Below are positions 1 to 12,861 of a stretch of 64,000 nt of DNA, piece by piece. The notes beneath the pieces were generated by a model, which ran no database searches, had not been told where the DNA came from, and worked only from the letters and a program-made list of their open reading frames with translations. The position numbers and the translations under genes are program-made. Origin of the DNA: TPA_inf: Saccharomyces (lineage: Eukaryota); assembly GCA_000146045.2 (NCBI GenBank), contig BK006938.2, forward strand, positions 832,001 to 896,000, written 5' to 3'. Every line of letters starts with the position of its first letter. Position 1 is the stretch's first letter.

Positions 1-473
1 TTCACCGCGTTATCACTAAAACGTTTAACGCCCCAGTTTTCTACTTTCTCACTAAAGGTTTTGGTCGGAACACCAGACAGAAACTTTGCATCCTGCTTGA
101 AAAGAGTCACATTCGATGGATTTTTCGGATGAGGAACATAACGTACGGTTTCGTAACACTTCAAAATATGCGGGAAGGTCATATTGCAACTCCTCATAGT
201 TAAAGATCTGTCCCTTCGATCAACGGTGGAGACCTCTCGCACGTATGCTAAATTAGTGTTCCCCACTAAAATGGACATCCAGTGAGGGGTGTTCTGACGT
301 ATGGTTATCAGCCGTTCTGTAAGAAGTACATCGCCATGTTCTTTGAGCTCTCGGCGGAGCACATCGACTGCAATAACGTGTGTGGAGATCTTGTTTGGAT
401 ATTTCATCCAGTTCGCCGTGGTGACTTTCTCCCATGGGTAATCGAATTCATAAGATTTTTGAAATGATTTCAT
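1..473 (-). CDS. UPS3: UPS3 (YDR185C), PRELI/MSF1-family mitochondrial intermembrane-space lipid-transfer protein. Only the 5' part is present; the 3' end runs off the window start.
   Basis: I translated the minus strand by hand from the ATG at 471-473: [71 protein letters not shown]... The reading frame stays open to position 1. It is absent from the ORF track because no stop codon lies inside the window. Confidence 0.85.
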
Positions 474-858
474 TATTAATATATAAGCTCGAGAGATATA
501 TGACTAATAGAAATATTTACTTGAACTTGTCGATTAGAGAAAAGAAAATGCGTTGCTTGGACCGCAGATCCCACTTATTGTTTTCTTGCCAAATGTAACA
601 AGATCTATAGGTTTATGAACTTTCTTCGAAAATCTCATTACTTTTTTTGATAAATAAACGGGCCCCTTGCGGACAAAGCCCTGAAAATTGAAGATTTACG
701 CAGTATCACGTAAACCCAAAAAAAAAAATACAATATCGGTTAAAGTGCTGTTTTAATTTAGAATATATGTTTTACTAATCTATTTATAATCAAGTATATG
801 TGTAATTTGGCTTTTTCCCTTGCCTTGTGCTTAACCTAGTTTTTTTCAGGTGATTATT

Positions 859-3492
859 TTACCGGGCATTACCTCCTAATACCCATCCTCCCATGTTATC
901 CATATCATCTTCGCCGTATAAATCCAGGGTGACGGCTTTTTTATAAACGGGTTTGGTGACTGTAGAATTCGAGTTTGAGTATTTCACTCCTTCAGTTGTT
1001 ACATCTGTAAAGCCTGCACTATCATTGTCATCATAGAGATTTAGATTGAAATTATTGGAATTTATACCAGTATTATTGTCGTTATCATTATCATTATAGT
1101 TATCATTGTCTGGGTGATTCGGTACTATTGTGCTATTAGTCGAATCGTTATCGTCCTCGCGTTCTTTGGGGAGAGATCCAGACATGATTTGGTCTTCTTC
1201 CTCGAGATTTAGTAACCTATGACTGGAATTGTTACTATTTTTAATGCTATTCGCCATCAACGCATCTGTAGGCGTTCTGGACTTGAAGTTTAGTGCCAAA
1301 CCATTCTTTTCCATGTTACCATTCATCAAGGTGCTAAAAAGGTTAACTGATGGTTGTCTTCTCAGTTCTTCAAATGACTTGTTGATCAAATTCTTCTCAA
1401 ATAGCAAGTTACTGTTTGAATTATTTCTCATTAGTAATGGAGATGCCTGTTGTGTATGTTGTGGAATTGGTGAATTCAAGAATTTTTGCTTCTTACTTGT
1501 GTCATTTAATAATTTGGAAAATGCGTTTGATACTGTAGACATGTCATTCAACGAGGAGTTTGAACTACTTGCGCTTGTAGAGGGCGTAGATATTCGGGAA
1601 ATAAATTCCGGAGGTATCAATCCATTACTAATAGAAGGAGCCAAGTTTCTGTTCATCAAAGATTTCCTTTTAATAAGCGTTGCAGACGATAGATTCTTTT
1701 TGTTGTTGATAGTGTCTGTCCCGTCAAAATCACCATCGTGCACGTAGACGTTAGTAAAATGGTTTGAAGAGGTCGATCTTTTAGGTGATGAAGCCCCTGC
1801 AGAATCGGGTTGTTGGCTGTTTGGAAATTTCTGGTTGAACGGCTTTTGCAGAGCAGGGTCCATTAAACTCAAGGACCTAAACCTACCCCTTGTTTCCTTC
1901 GAATTTTTTGCCATAGAATCTATTCCGGAGGATAACACGTCTGTGCTCGAACCAGAGCGGGACAAAATGCTTGGAGCGTAAAAGCTCAAACCTTCATCGT
2001 CACTCTCATCGTCATCGTCATCATCGTCATCATCGTCTTCATCATCATCATAGTTGTCTTCATTTCCACCTTCTTCATCATCGTAATTAAAGCCATATTC
2101 ATCTGCGTATGAGGTTCTATCCTGCTCTTGTTCCCCTCGTTCTTTTGTATAATCGTCATAATTATTATTGTTGTACAGGACAATTTCCTCATTCTTAGCA
2201 CGGTCTTGCACTTCGTTGATTTGGTTGTTTAACTCGTCATATACTAGTTCGTCGTTTGATGGTGTCTTTCCGTAGGGGAAGGGAGAAGGCGATCTGGACA
2301 TATTAGAACTAGAATAGGATTGTGAACGGGAATGTGGATGCAGATGCGATTGTAAATGCAGTGCAGTTCCCGAAGGCTGCTTGCGTAGGTTGGATTCCTG
2401 ACCAATAAGATTGTTGATTGACGTTGATGGGATAGTTGTGATGGATTCGTTCGTTTTGAACATATGTGCCCTGTTGGATTTTCTGTTGATAGACAACGAC
2501 CTAATTCTGACGGACTTGTCTTTATTGGAGGTTAAAACCGAGTTTTGAAAATTCAACAACGACGAAGAGTTTCTTTTCAAACTTGTGTTGCTCTGGTCGT
2601 CGCCCTTATCTTCGTTAACAGCATCTGAATATTCATGTAGCGCTTTTATTGATTCCTGGGAGATAAGGCTGGTGAGAGGGTGGTCTGACAACAAAGTCAG
2701 CAGTGCTTTTACCCCCGTGCTATTCGTGACAATAACTATGGAATCCAAGACAGTCTGGTCTTGCATGCTACCATTGCTCTGGTTTGAGCCGGTGAATTTC
2801 TCGTTCAACTTGGTGTAGTACTCTTTGAACGGGAGTGACTTGGAGTTCTGGATTGTCTTAGTGAAAGAACCAATATTCTGCCAATTAATGATTTTTAAAT
2901 TAAGCAGTTCTGCGTTCAGGAAAGTAGAAAACCACTTGAGAGAGGTGGGAGAAACGTTGATCTGGAAACATAGGTTTAGTTTCTTTTGAACATACAAGTC
3001 TTTGAAAGAATTAAACAATTTTTCAACCAAAAATCTTATGGTCTCCACGTAACGTAAAGACCCCGAAGACGACACCAGTACATTCAGATCAAACTTGTTT
3101 TCCGGTGTGCTGCGAGAGCTGATCAGACTTTTCAACTCCTCCCAAAACTTATCGTTATCTTCCGCAGTAGATGTGTTGGAAAAACTTTGCGCGATCGAAT
3201 TTCTAAGCCGATGCAGCTTAAACCGTTTATTCAGTCTGGAAAGCTTGTTATGAGTCATCTCATCGTTGTAGTAGTCGATCGTAGGGATATCTATGTAAAG
3301 TAGGATGTTAAGCTTCTTTAGCGAAGGGTACCGGTCCGCCAAAGACGCTTGTACCACTGTCTGCTGCATGTTGGAGTAAGTGATCAGAAACAGCGAGTCC
3401 TGTGACTTCACACTAACTTTTGGTGAAGTGGACTGGGCAAAGCGACGCTCATTAATGCTCGCGGCTGCTGCGTCCGTACCGACAGTGTCCAT
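859..3492 (-). CDS. SND1: SND1 (YDR186C), 877 aa, a low-complexity Ser/Asn/Asp-rich protein of the SRP-independent ER-targeting (SND) pathway.
   Basis: An 877-aa ORF with ATG at 3490-3492. Its length and position, between UPS3 and CCT6, match YDR186C. It contains a long acidic tract, DDDEDDDDDDDDDDESDDEG. Confidence 0.85.
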   Translation of the reverse strand: MDTVGTDAAAASINERRFAQSTSPKVSVKSQDSLFLITYSNMQQTVVQASLADRYPSLKKLNILLYIDIPTIDYYNDEMTHNKLSRLNKRFKLHRLRNSIAQSFSNTSTAEDNDKFWEELKSLISSRSTPENKFDLNVLVSSSGSLRYVETIRFLVEKLFNSFKDLYVQKKLNLCFQINVSPTSLKWFSTFLNAELLNLKIINWQNIGSFTKTIQNSKSLPFKEYYTKLNEKFTGSNQSNGSMQDQTVLDSIVIVTNSTGVKALLTLLSDHPLTSLISQESIKALHEYSDAVNEDKGDDQSNTSLKRNSSSLLNFQNSVLTSNKDKSVRIRSLSINRKSNRAHMFKTNESITTIPSTSINNLIGQESNLRKQPSGTALHLQSHLHPHSRSQSYSSSNMSRSPSPFPYGKTPSNDELVYDELNNQINEVQDRAKNEEIVLYNNNNYDDYTKERGEQEQDRTSYADEYGFNYDDEEGGNEDNYDDDEDDDDDDDDDDESDDEGLSFYAPSILSRSGSSTDVLSSGIDSMAKNSKETRGRFRSLSLMDPALQKPFNQKFPNSQQPDSAGASSPKRSTSSNHFTNVYVHDGDFDGTDTINNKKNLSSATLIKRKSLMNRNLAPSISNGLIPPEFISRISTPSTSASSSNSSLNDMSTVSNAFSKLLNDTSKKQKFLNSPIPQHTQQASPLLMRNNSNSNLLFEKNLINKSFEELRRQPSVNLFSTLMNGNMEKNGLALNFKSRTPTDALMANSIKNSNNSSHRLLNLEEEDQIMSGSLPKEREDDNDSTNSTIVPNHPDNDNYNDNDNDNNTGINSNNFNLNLYDDNDSAGFTDVTTEGVKYSNSNSTVTKPVYKKAVTLDLYGEDDMDNMGGWVLGGNAR
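1986..2060 (-). repeat. Imperfect GAT/GAC/GAA triplet repeat encoding the poly-Asp/Glu tract of SND1.
   Basis: The plus strand reads tcatcgtcactctcatcgtcatcgtcatcatcgtcatcatcgtcttcatcatcatca, which encodes DDDEDDDDDDDDDDESDDE on the minus strand. Confidence 0.85.
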
Positions 3493-4420
3493 CGTAGTGT
3501 AGGCTTCCCAAAATTTAGGATGTGATTAGTAATAGTGGTTGATTGCGAGCTCCGGGATGCGAGGGAGAGCGTGTATGTGTACTTCAAGTTCGCCAACTTC
3601 TCTCTTAAATAGAAAAAGAAAAGAAGAAAAAGGAAACGAAAAAAAAAAAAAGTAGGGAAAAGCTGAGTGATGAAGATCCGGGCTGCCAAGATTGGGTTTG
3701 AAACGTGTAGTCAGCTACAAACCAAAAATTAAAAGAACAATAGCAAAGAACCTTAGTAGGAAAACAATAAAATAATAGACACGACACCCGTAGAAAGATA
3801 GAACGGGACGAGGGGCCGGTTCAACAACTATCATACTTTCTTGTTCAACAACGCGATTAACCCAAATAATAAAAAAGCTACGAGACAAGAACAGACGAGG
3901 CAATACGAGCAACGAGCGCAACGAGAACGGTAAGCATGGCAACGGCGCGCACACCCACGCCCCGCAACCGCACACCTCAGCTCAAAGTAACCCACTTTAA
4001 CGTGACTGGACCTGAGCTGTCTGACTCGGTCGTTTGCAAATAGGTTAACGCCGTCGCTTCTCCCTTTCGTGTACCGTATATCTTTCTTTAATTGCATTCC
4101 CTTGTTGTGATTATCGTTTCCCATTGCAGTGAGCTTTCATTTTGGGGACCCTGGGAGTAGGCTGTTTTTCGATAGAGTGAGAGGTGTGGGTTCTGCGGCA
4201 GAATGGATACGGGCCGTGGATCACTGTTTACGGGAGTTTTGCTTTGGTGGCAAAATTTTCGCTCGGTGATGTGTTAGTAGTTGTTATTCTGGTAAGAAAC
4301 GAACGAAAGACGGAAAGGATTATGTATAACAGTGTATGTGTGCAGTGTGTGGAAAAGGTAAAGGTTAAGGGTGTGGAAGCAGTGAGAAGCAGAAGATTAT
4401 AATATAAGTAGAGTAGAAGC

Positions 4421-6061
4421 ATGTCATTGCAATTGTTGAATCCGAAGGCTGAATCGTTGAGAAGGGATGCGGCTTTGAAGGTTAACGTCACATCTGCTGA
4501 GGGCTTACAATCCGTCCTAGAGACCAACTTGGGCCCTAAGGGCACGCTAAAGATGCTTGTGGATGGTGCTGGTAACATCAAGCTGACCAAGGACGGTAAA
4601 GTGTTGCTGACCGAGATGCAGATCCAGTCGCCTACAGCGGTACTGATTGCTAGGGCAGCTGCCGCGCAGGATGAAATCACGGGCGATGGGACCACGACGG
4701 TTGTGTGTCTTGTGGGTGAATTGCTTAGACAAGCGCACCGTTTCATTCAAGAGGGCGTGCATCCGCGGATCATCACTGATGGGTTTGAGATTGCGCGGAA
4801 GGAGTCCATGAAATTTTTGGACGAATTCAAGATCAGTAAGACGAACCTTTCCAATGATAGAGAGTTCCTTCTGCAAGTGGCCCGGTCGTCGCTGCTAACC
4901 AAGGTGGACGCTGACTTGACGGAGGTCTTGACGCCCATTGTAACGGATGCGGTGCTAAGCGTGTACGACGCGCAGGCTGACAATTTGGATTTACACATGG
5001 TTGAGATCATGCAGATGCAGCACTTGTCTCCTAAAGATACCACTTTTATTAAGGGTTTGGTATTGGACCACGGTGGTAGGCATCCTGACATGCCCACCCG
5101 TGTGAAGAACGCGTATGTTTTGATTTTGAACGTATCTTTGGAATACGAGAAGACTGAAGTTAACTCTGGGTTCTTTTACAGTTCTGCGGACCAAAGGGAC
5201 AAGTTGGCCGCTAGTGAGAGGAAGTTTGTGGATGCCAAGTTGAAGAAGATCATCGACTTGAAAAACGAAGTTTGTGGCATGGATCCAGACAAGGGTTTTG
5301 TTATCATTAACCAAAAAGGCATTGACCCCATGTCTTTAGACGTGTTTGCCAAACACAACATCTTGGCTTTGAGAAGGGCCAAGAGACGTAACATGGAAAG
5401 ATTGCAATTGGTCACTGGCGGTGAAGCTCAGAACTCTGTGGAAGACTTGTCGCCTCAGATTCTTGGGTTTTCTGGCTTGGTCTACCAAGAAACCATAGGC
5501 GAGGAAAAATTCACATACGTTACAGAGAACACTGACCCCAAGTCTTGCACCATCTTAATCAAGGGCTCCACTCATTATGCCCTCGCTCAAACAAAGGATG
5601 CGGTGAGAGATGGTCTCAGAGCTGTGGCAAACGTTCTCAAGGACAAAAACATCATTCCAGGCGCTGGTGCGTTCTACATCGCCCTTTCGAGATACCTAAG
5701 ATCTGCCAACATGAACAAGTTGGGTGCCAAGGGTAAAACAAAGACAGGTATTGAGGCGTTCGCAGAAGCATTGCTGGTAATTCCAAAGACTTTGGTGAAG
5801 AACTCAGGATTCGACCCATTGGACGTGCTCGCAATGGTGGAGGACGAGTTGGATGACGCTCAGGATTCTGACGAAACGAGATATGTTGGTGTGGACTTGA
5901 ACATAGGTGATTCTTGCGACCCTACCATCGAGGGTATTTGGGATTCCTACCGCGTACTAAGAAATGCTATTACCGGTGCTACAGGTATTGCCAGCAACTT
6001 GTTATTATGCGATGAATTGTTAAGGGCAGGTAGATCCACTTTGAAAGAAACACCACAGTAA
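4421..6061 (+). CDS. CCT6: CCT6 (YDR188W), zeta subunit of the cytosolic chaperonin CCT/TRiC, 546 aa.
   Basis: The [45 protein letters not shown]... shows a group II chaperonin signature (GDGTTT). ATG at 4421. Confidence 0.95.
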   Translation: MSLQLLNPKAESLRRDAALKVNVTSAEGLQSVLETNLGPKGTLKMLVDGAGNIKLTKDGKVLLTEMQIQSPTAVLIARAAAAQDEITGDGTTTVVCLVGELLRQAHRFIQEGVHPRIITDGFEIARKESMKFLDEFKISKTNLSNDREFLLQVARSSLLTKVDADLTEVLTPIVTDAVLSVYDAQADNLDLHMVEIMQMQHLSPKDTTFIKGLVLDHGGRHPDMPTRVKNAYVLILNVSLEYEKTEVNSGFFYSSADQRDKLAASERKFVDAKLKKIIDLKNEVCGMDPDKGFVIINQKGIDPMSLDVFAKHNILALRRAKRRNMERLQLVTGGEAQNSVEDLSPQILGFSGLVYQETIGEEKFTYVTENTDPKSCTILIKGSTHYALAQTKDAVRDGLRAVANVLKDKNIIPGAGAFYIALSRYLRSANMNKLGAKGKTKTGIEAFAEALLVIPKTLVKNSGFDPLDVLAMVEDELDDAQDSDETRYVGVDLNIGDSCDPTIEGIWDSYRVLRNAITGATGIASNLLLCDELLRAGRSTLKETPQ

Positions 6062-6391
6062 TAAAAAATAATAATAATAATAATAATAACAAGAACACGA
6101 ATACTAGTAGTAATAGTAGTCAGATACAAAAATTCTATGTAACATATTTTTTCCAGTCACTATCATCATCATCATATTTTGTATATATACATTTATTATA
6201 TAAAATATCATACCAATTTTTGCCAAAGAACACCGTTTCCCTCTTCGCGTTGACCACAGTAATTGCAGAAACGACAAAAAAAAAACAAAAAAAAGAAGCA
6301 CCATTCTAACTCAGCCTTTAATAACCTGACATGATAACTTATAATAGTCATTGCCAGTTGCTAAGTATCTTTGACCAAAAATCACAACATC

Positions 6392-8392
6392 ATGGCTGTG
6401 GAGGAAATTGCGTCCCGCAAGGACATTAGTTTAAGAGATATGCAAATCTCTGCCATATTAAAAATGCTGTTTTTAAATAAGGATTTGAACAACAACGACA
6501 ACATCACCACCATCACAGACGATATTTTTAACCAGCAGGAGATCATCTGGAAGGTGTTGATACTGGACATCAAGAGCACTGCTACCATATCTTCTGTTCT
6601 CAGAGTCAATGACCTGCTGAAAGCTGGTATCACCGTTCATTCCTTGATTAAACAAGACAGATCTCCCTTGCCAGATGTCCCTGCCATATATTTCGTCTCC
6701 CCCACAAAGGAAAACATTGACATTATAGTCAATGACTTGAAAAGCGACAAGTATTCTGAATTTTACATCAACTTTACCTCATCTCTGCCCAGAAACCTCC
6801 TGGAAGATTTGGCTCAACAAGTCTCCATCACGGGTAAATCTGATAAAATCAAACAAGTTTACGACCAATACCTGGACTTCATTGTAACTGAACCGGAACT
6901 GTTCTCACTAGAAATTTCAAACGCATACTTGACATTGAATGACCCGAAAACCACAGAAGAGGAAATCACGGGCTTATGCGCCAACATCGCGGACGGTTTA
7001 TTCAACACTGTCTTAACGATCAATTCTATCCCCATTATAAGAGCAGCTAAGGGTGGGCCTGCTGAGATCATCGCTGAGAAACTGGGTACAAAATTACGTG
7101 ATTTCGTCATCAATACCAATTCCTCCTCCACTTCCACTTTGCAGGGAAATGATTCTCTGGAAAGAGGAGTGTTGATTATTTTGGATAGAAACATAGATTT
7201 TGCCTCCATGTTTTCACATTCGTGGATTTATCAGTGCATGGTCTTTGATATTTTCAAATTATCAAGAAACACCGTTACTATTCCACTTGAAAGTAAGGAA
7301 AACGGAACTGACAATACCACCGCAAAACCATTAGCCACGAAAAAATATGATATAGAGCCAAACGATTTTTTTTGGATGGAAAACTCTCATTTGCCATTCC
7401 CAGAAGCTGCAGAGAACGTTGAAGCGGCATTGAATACGTACAAGGAGGAAGCCGCAGAAATTACTAGGAAAACTGGTGTTACCAACATATCAGATTTGGA
7501 CCCAAACTCGAATAATGATACGGTTCAAATTCAGGAAGTCGTAAAGAAACTGCCAGAGTTAACAGCTAAGAAAAATACTATTGATACACATATGAATATT
7601 TTTGCTGCATTGTTGTCACAATTGGAAAGTAAAAGTCTTGATACTTTCTTTGAAGTTGAACAAGACCCTGGAAGCACCAAAACAAGATCTAGGTTTTTGG
7701 ATATACTAAAAGATGGTAAGACAAACAATCTTGAGGACAAACTGAGATCGTTTATTGTTCTTTACTTGACATCAACGACAGGCTTACCAAAGGATTTTGT
7801 CCAAAATGTGGAAAACTATTTCAAGGAAAACGATTACGATATCAATGCTTTAAAATATGTTTATAAGCTAAGAGAGTTCATGCAATTATCAAATATGTCG
7901 TTACAAAATAAATCTTTGGAAGATGGATCCGATTCCGCTTTCAAACCAAGCAACTTAACATTATCCGGTATCTATGGCTTAACTGAAGGCAAATTACAAG
8001 GAGGTGTAGGAAGTTTAATATCAGGTATTAAGAAGTTACTGCCTGAAAAGAAAACCATCCCGATAACAAATGTTGTTGATGCGATAATGGACCCTTTAAA
8101 CAGCTCTCAAAAAAATTTGGAGACTACTGACAGTTACCTATACATCGACCCAAAAATTACAAGGGGTTCCCATACCAGAAAGCCAAAAAGACAATCTTAT
8201 AATAAGTCACTAGTGTTTGTAGTTGGTGGCGGTAACTACCTAGAATATCAAAACCTCCAAGAATGGGCACATTCCCAGTTGCATAATCCCAAAAAAGTCA
8301 TGTATGGTAGCACAGCCATTACCACACCAGCTGAATTCTTAAATGAGATTTCTCGCCTTGGCGCAAGTAATAGCAGCAACAACGATGCATAA
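6392..8392 (+). CDS. SLY1: SLY1 (YDR189W), Sec1/Munc18-family SNARE-binding protein for ER-Golgi transport, 666 aa.
   Basis: The ORF track starts at a TTG at 6371. The first in-frame ATG is at 6392 (MAVEEIASRKDISLRDMQISAILKMLF...) and gives the known 666-aa product. Confidence 0.93.
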   Translation: MAVEEIASRKDISLRDMQISAILKMLFLNKDLNNNDNITTITDDIFNQQEIIWKVLILDIKSTATISSVLRVNDLLKAGITVHSLIKQDRSPLPDVPAIYFVSPTKENIDIIVNDLKSDKYSEFYINFTSSLPRNLLEDLAQQVSITGKSDKIKQVYDQYLDFIVTEPELFSLEISNAYLTLNDPKTTEEEITGLCANIADGLFNTVLTINSIPIIRAAKGGPAEIIAEKLGTKLRDFVINTNSSSTSTLQGNDSLERGVLIILDRNIDFASMFSHSWIYQCMVFDIFKLSRNTVTIPLESKENGTDNTTAKPLATKKYDIEPNDFFWMENSHLPFPEAAENVEAALNTYKEEAAEITRKTGVTNISDLDPNSNNDTVQIQEVVKKLPELTAKKNTIDTHMNIFAALLSQLESKSLDTFFEVEQDPGSTKTRSRFLDILKDGKTNNLEDKLRSFIVLYLTSTTGLPKDFVQNVENYFKENDYDINALKYVYKLREFMQLSNMSLQNKSLEDGSDSAFKPSNLTLSGIYGLTEGKLQGGVGSLISGIKKLLPEKKTIPITNVVDAIMDPLNSSQKNLETTDSYLYIDPKITRGSHTRKPKRQSYNKSLVFVVGGGNYLEYQNLQEWAHSQLHNPKKVMYGSTAITTPAEFLNEISRLGASNSSNNDA

Positions 8393-8422
8393 TTGGCATC
8401 TAGCCCCAATGACGATACACTA

Positions 8423-8452
8423 ATATATATATATATATATATATCTATATAT
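8423..8452. repeat. (TA)n dinucleotide microsatellite, about 11 units with interruptions, in the SLY1 3' flank.
   Basis: atatatatatatatatatatatctatatatc. Confidence 0.9.
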
Positions 8453-8603
8453 CTGCAAGAAATAAGCGTGTGTAGTAAGTAAAAGGAAAAATAGAAATTT
8501 TTGCTCAAAAATAACGGTCCCATTTTGATACAATGTTTTTGGTTTAGTGATTTGCGTAATATTTATTTTTATTTATGAAATGTGCTTTAGGCTTTCTTCA
8601 CTG

Positions 8604-10001
<1,398 letters not shown>

Positions 10002-10336
10002 TCAATTATTTTAACGTTCAAAATATTCAGGCCCAGAACTTAACAGCCTTCAATACGTACTCTTAAATGAATCCATCTCTTCTTCATCACCACGATGTAT
10101 CTTTTGTTTTGCCATATTCTTCCTTGAACAAAATTGAAAAATTTTAAAAAACCTCTCCATTACCCGCAGAGCACGTGAGCAAAAAATCAATTACGTTTCC
10201 TAAAAGGGGAAAACAGCAACTTTAGTGACATGTTAGAATATTTAGCAAGCAAGGTTGTGGAAAAGCTTAGGAATTACATACTTTAGAGCAACAACTGTAT
10301 TTTAAAACTGTAAATAATACTAAGCAGAACCACAAA

Positions 10337-11449
10337 ATGAAGCAAAAATTTGTACTACCGATCACCCCACCAAGTACGGCGGAAAAGAAGCCTCAAACAG
10401 AAAACCGTTGCAATGAGAATTTGAAGCCTAGAAGATTGCTACCGCAATTGAAAAAAAGTGTCCGTAACAGGAAACCTAGACTGTCATATAGGCCTGAGTT
10501 AAACTCTGTGTTTGATCTGGATGCGTACGTGGATTCGACACACTTGTCCAAATCCCAACGCCATCATATGGACCGCGACGCCGGTTTTATTAGCTATGCT
10601 CTGAATTATAGCAAAAGAATGGTTGTAGTCAGCGGGGCAGGTATATCTGTTGCCGCTGGTATACCGGATTTTAGATCCAGTGAAGGGATTTTCTCTACTG
10701 TGAACGGCGGCTCTGGGAAAGATTTGTTTGACTACAATCGTGTGTATGGCGACGAATCAATGAGTTTGAAATTTAATCAGTTAATGGTGTCATTGTTCAG
10801 ATTATCCAAGAATTGCCAACCTACAAAATTTCATGAAATGCTCAATGAGTTTGCTAGGGATGGCAGGCTATTGAGACTGTACACGCAGAATATTGACGGT
10901 TTAGATACACAATTACCTCATTTATCAACTAATGTGCCTCTGGCGAAGCCAATACCCAGTACAGTACAATTACACGGAAGCATAAAACACATGGAATGCA
11001 ATAAATGTCTGAATATCAAACCTTTTGACCCTGAACTGTTCAAATGCGACGACAAATTTGATTCTCGGACTGAAATCATACCGTCATGTCCACAATGTGA
11101 AGAATATGAAACAGTTAGAAAAATGGCAGGCTTAAGATCTACTGGTGTGGGCAAGTTGCGTCCAAGAGTAATTTTATACAATGAGGTCCACCCTGAAGGT
11201 GATTTTATCGGTGAAATTGCCAATAATGACTTAAAGAAAAGAATTGATTGTTTGATTATTGTTGGAACGAGTTTGAAGATTCCCGGAGTGAAAAATATTT
11301 GCAGGCAGTTTGCGGCCAAAGTCCATGCAAACAGGGGTATTGTGTTATATTTAAACACCAGTATGCCGCCTAAGAATGTGCTAGACTCTTTGAAATTTGT
11401 AGACCTAGTTGTACTGGGAGATTGTCAGCATGTTACCTCATTATTATAG
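10337..11449 (+). CDS. HST4: HST4 (YDR191W), sirtuin-family NAD-dependent histone H3K56 deacetylase, 370 aa.
   Basis: The 370-aa ORF has sirtuin core motifs (GAGISVAAGIPDFRS, QNIDGLD, CxxC...CxxC zinc ribbon). ATG at 10337. Confidence 0.93.
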   Translation: MKQKFVLPITPPSTAEKKPQTENRCNENLKPRRLLPQLKKSVRNRKPRLSYRPELNSVFDLDAYVDSTHLSKSQRHHMDRDAGFISYALNYSKRMVVVSGAGISVAAGIPDFRSSEGIFSTVNGGSGKDLFDYNRVYGDESMSLKFNQLMVSLFRLSKNCQPTKFHEMLNEFARDGRLLRLYTQNIDGLDTQLPHLSTNVPLAKPIPSTVQLHGSIKHMECNKCLNIKPFDPELFKCDDKFDSRTEIIPSCPQCEEYETVRKMAGLRSTGVGKLRPRVILYNEVHPEGDFIGEIANNDLKKRIDCLIIVGTSLKIPGVKNICRQFAAKVHANRGIVLYLNTSMPPKNVLDSLKFVDLVVLGDCQHVTSLL

Positions 11450-11568
11450 AAAGTATTTGTCCTACCAAAAAAGGTTGGAGATAAAATTAATGCATTTTTC
11501 ATTAGATATATATATATATTCATATATATTGTTTAAGTTACCATTTTGTATGTTTTTCTTTGACCTTA

Positions 11569-12861
11569 CTATGCAACCAATGCAGGTGGTGGAGGTATAT
11601 CAGGGACAAGGCCTAGTTCAAACTTGTTTGCTCTGAATATTTTCAGTGTTTCCTCTGCGAGATCGGCCAATTCTAGAATACCGTCCTTTTCAGAAGATAA
11701 CCCTTGAACAAATCTAATTTTTCCGGTGGCCGTATTAGCGTTGACATTAGTAGCATTCATCTGTTGTTGTCCAAATCCAAAAGAGGTTGCGTTACCATTG
11801 CTCTTCAAACTTATGTTCGGATCTGTGTTTGGCATTGTTTGCCCAAATGAAGGGTTCGATTGCGAGACTTTGTTGGCATCGTTTTGTGGTGTAATTCCGA
11901 ATGAAAACCCTTTATTACCAAAAGAAGATTGAAAGTTGCCATTGGTATTTTTATTGAGGTTAGAAGCAGAACCAAAGGTGCCCCCAGAACCTCCGCTAAA
12001 AGGAGATTGATTATTCGTCGTTCCGAATGCGCTACTGCCCACGTTATTGTTGTTGTTAGCTTTGGAGGTTGTAGTACCAAACGGCGAAGAACCAGCGCCT
12101 GCTCCGCTCTGTAGATTACTAAAAGGTGATTTGTTATTACTATTAGTTCCAAATGTGCCAAATGGGGATACTCCTGTCCCACTGCTTGTACTTGTATTTT
12201 GAATAGTACCAAATGGCGACTGGGTATTAGTAGCTGCGCCGAAAGTCGGTTTGCCAAACGCTGACGATGTAGATGATGCATTTTGTGATGCGTTTTGTTG
12301 CAGTGAACCAAAAGGAGAAGTTGTGGTCAAGGGCGTGTTTGACGCAGCACCAAATGCGGAGTTATTACTATTACTAACCGAACTAGAAGGGATAGCAGTT
12401 TTGTTCGCTCCAAAAGCTGGTTGACCAAATGCAGAGCCCATTGAGCCAGGACTTTTACCAAAAGGATTACTTGTCGCCGCCATAGCACCAAAACCTGTTG
12501 ATCCAAATGACGGTGCTCCAAATGCTGACGTAGTAGAAGGCGGATTAACATTGATGGGGGCGCTAGAACCAAATGCTGGTGCTCCAAATGCTGACGGTTT
12601 AGCCGCATTACTGGTGTTCCCAAAAGCGCTAATTGACGTATTGCCAGTATTGCCTGTATTGGTACCAAACTGGGGCATTCCAAATGCTGAAGTGGTGGTT
12701 CCTCCTGTCATTGTGTTTGCTGTTCCAAAACTAGGTCTTCCAAATGCACTTCCTCCCATGTTATTGGTACTAGCAGCATTATTTGTGAAAGGGTTGATAC
12801 CACTTGTATTAGAAAGATTAGGCTTAGCACCCGACGTGAATGGGTTACCGAAAGCTGACAT
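11569..12861 (-). CDS. NUP42: NUP42 (YDR192C, also RIP1), FG-repeat nucleoporin, 430 aa.
   Basis: The 430-aa ORF is almost entirely S/N/T/G-rich with repeated SAFG, PSFG and FG motifs. ATG at 12859-12861. Confidence 0.93.
   Translation of the reverse strand: MSAFGNPFTSGAKPNLSNTSGINPFTNNAASTNNMGGSAFGRPSFGTANTMTGGTTTSAFGMPQFGTNTGNTGNTSISAFGNTSNAAKPSAFGAPAFGSSAPINVNPPSTTSAFGAPSFGSTGFGAMAATSNPFGKSPGSMGSAFGQPAFGANKTAIPSSSVSNSNNSAFGAASNTPLTTTSPFGSLQQNASQNASSTSSAFGKPTFGAATNTQSPFGTIQNTSTSSGTGVSPFGTFGTNSNNKSPFSNLQSGAGAGSSPFGTTTSKANNNNNVGSSAFGTTNNQSPFSGGSGGTFGSASNLNKNTNGNFQSSFGNKGFSFGITPQNDANKVSQSNPSFGQTMPNTDPNISLKSNGNATSFGFGQQQMNATNVNANTATGKIRFVQGLSSEKDGILELADLAEETLKIFRANKFELGLVPDIPPPPALVA

Noticed and set aside
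1229-1747. Long antisense ORFs inside SND1, REF2 (17117-17716), UME6 (34025-35182), UPC2 and the Ty elements (for example 48544-49020 and 42859-43618).
   Set aside because: They are opposite-strand frames inside well-supported genes that have biased codon composition. Nothing supports independent coding.
4228-4746. A 172-aa minus-strand ORF overlapping the CCT6 start. It corresponds to the dubious ORF YDR187C.
   Set aside because: It lies antisense to and overlaps a highly conserved chaperonin gene, its composition is low-complexity, and it shows no recognisable domain. It is almost certainly non-coding.
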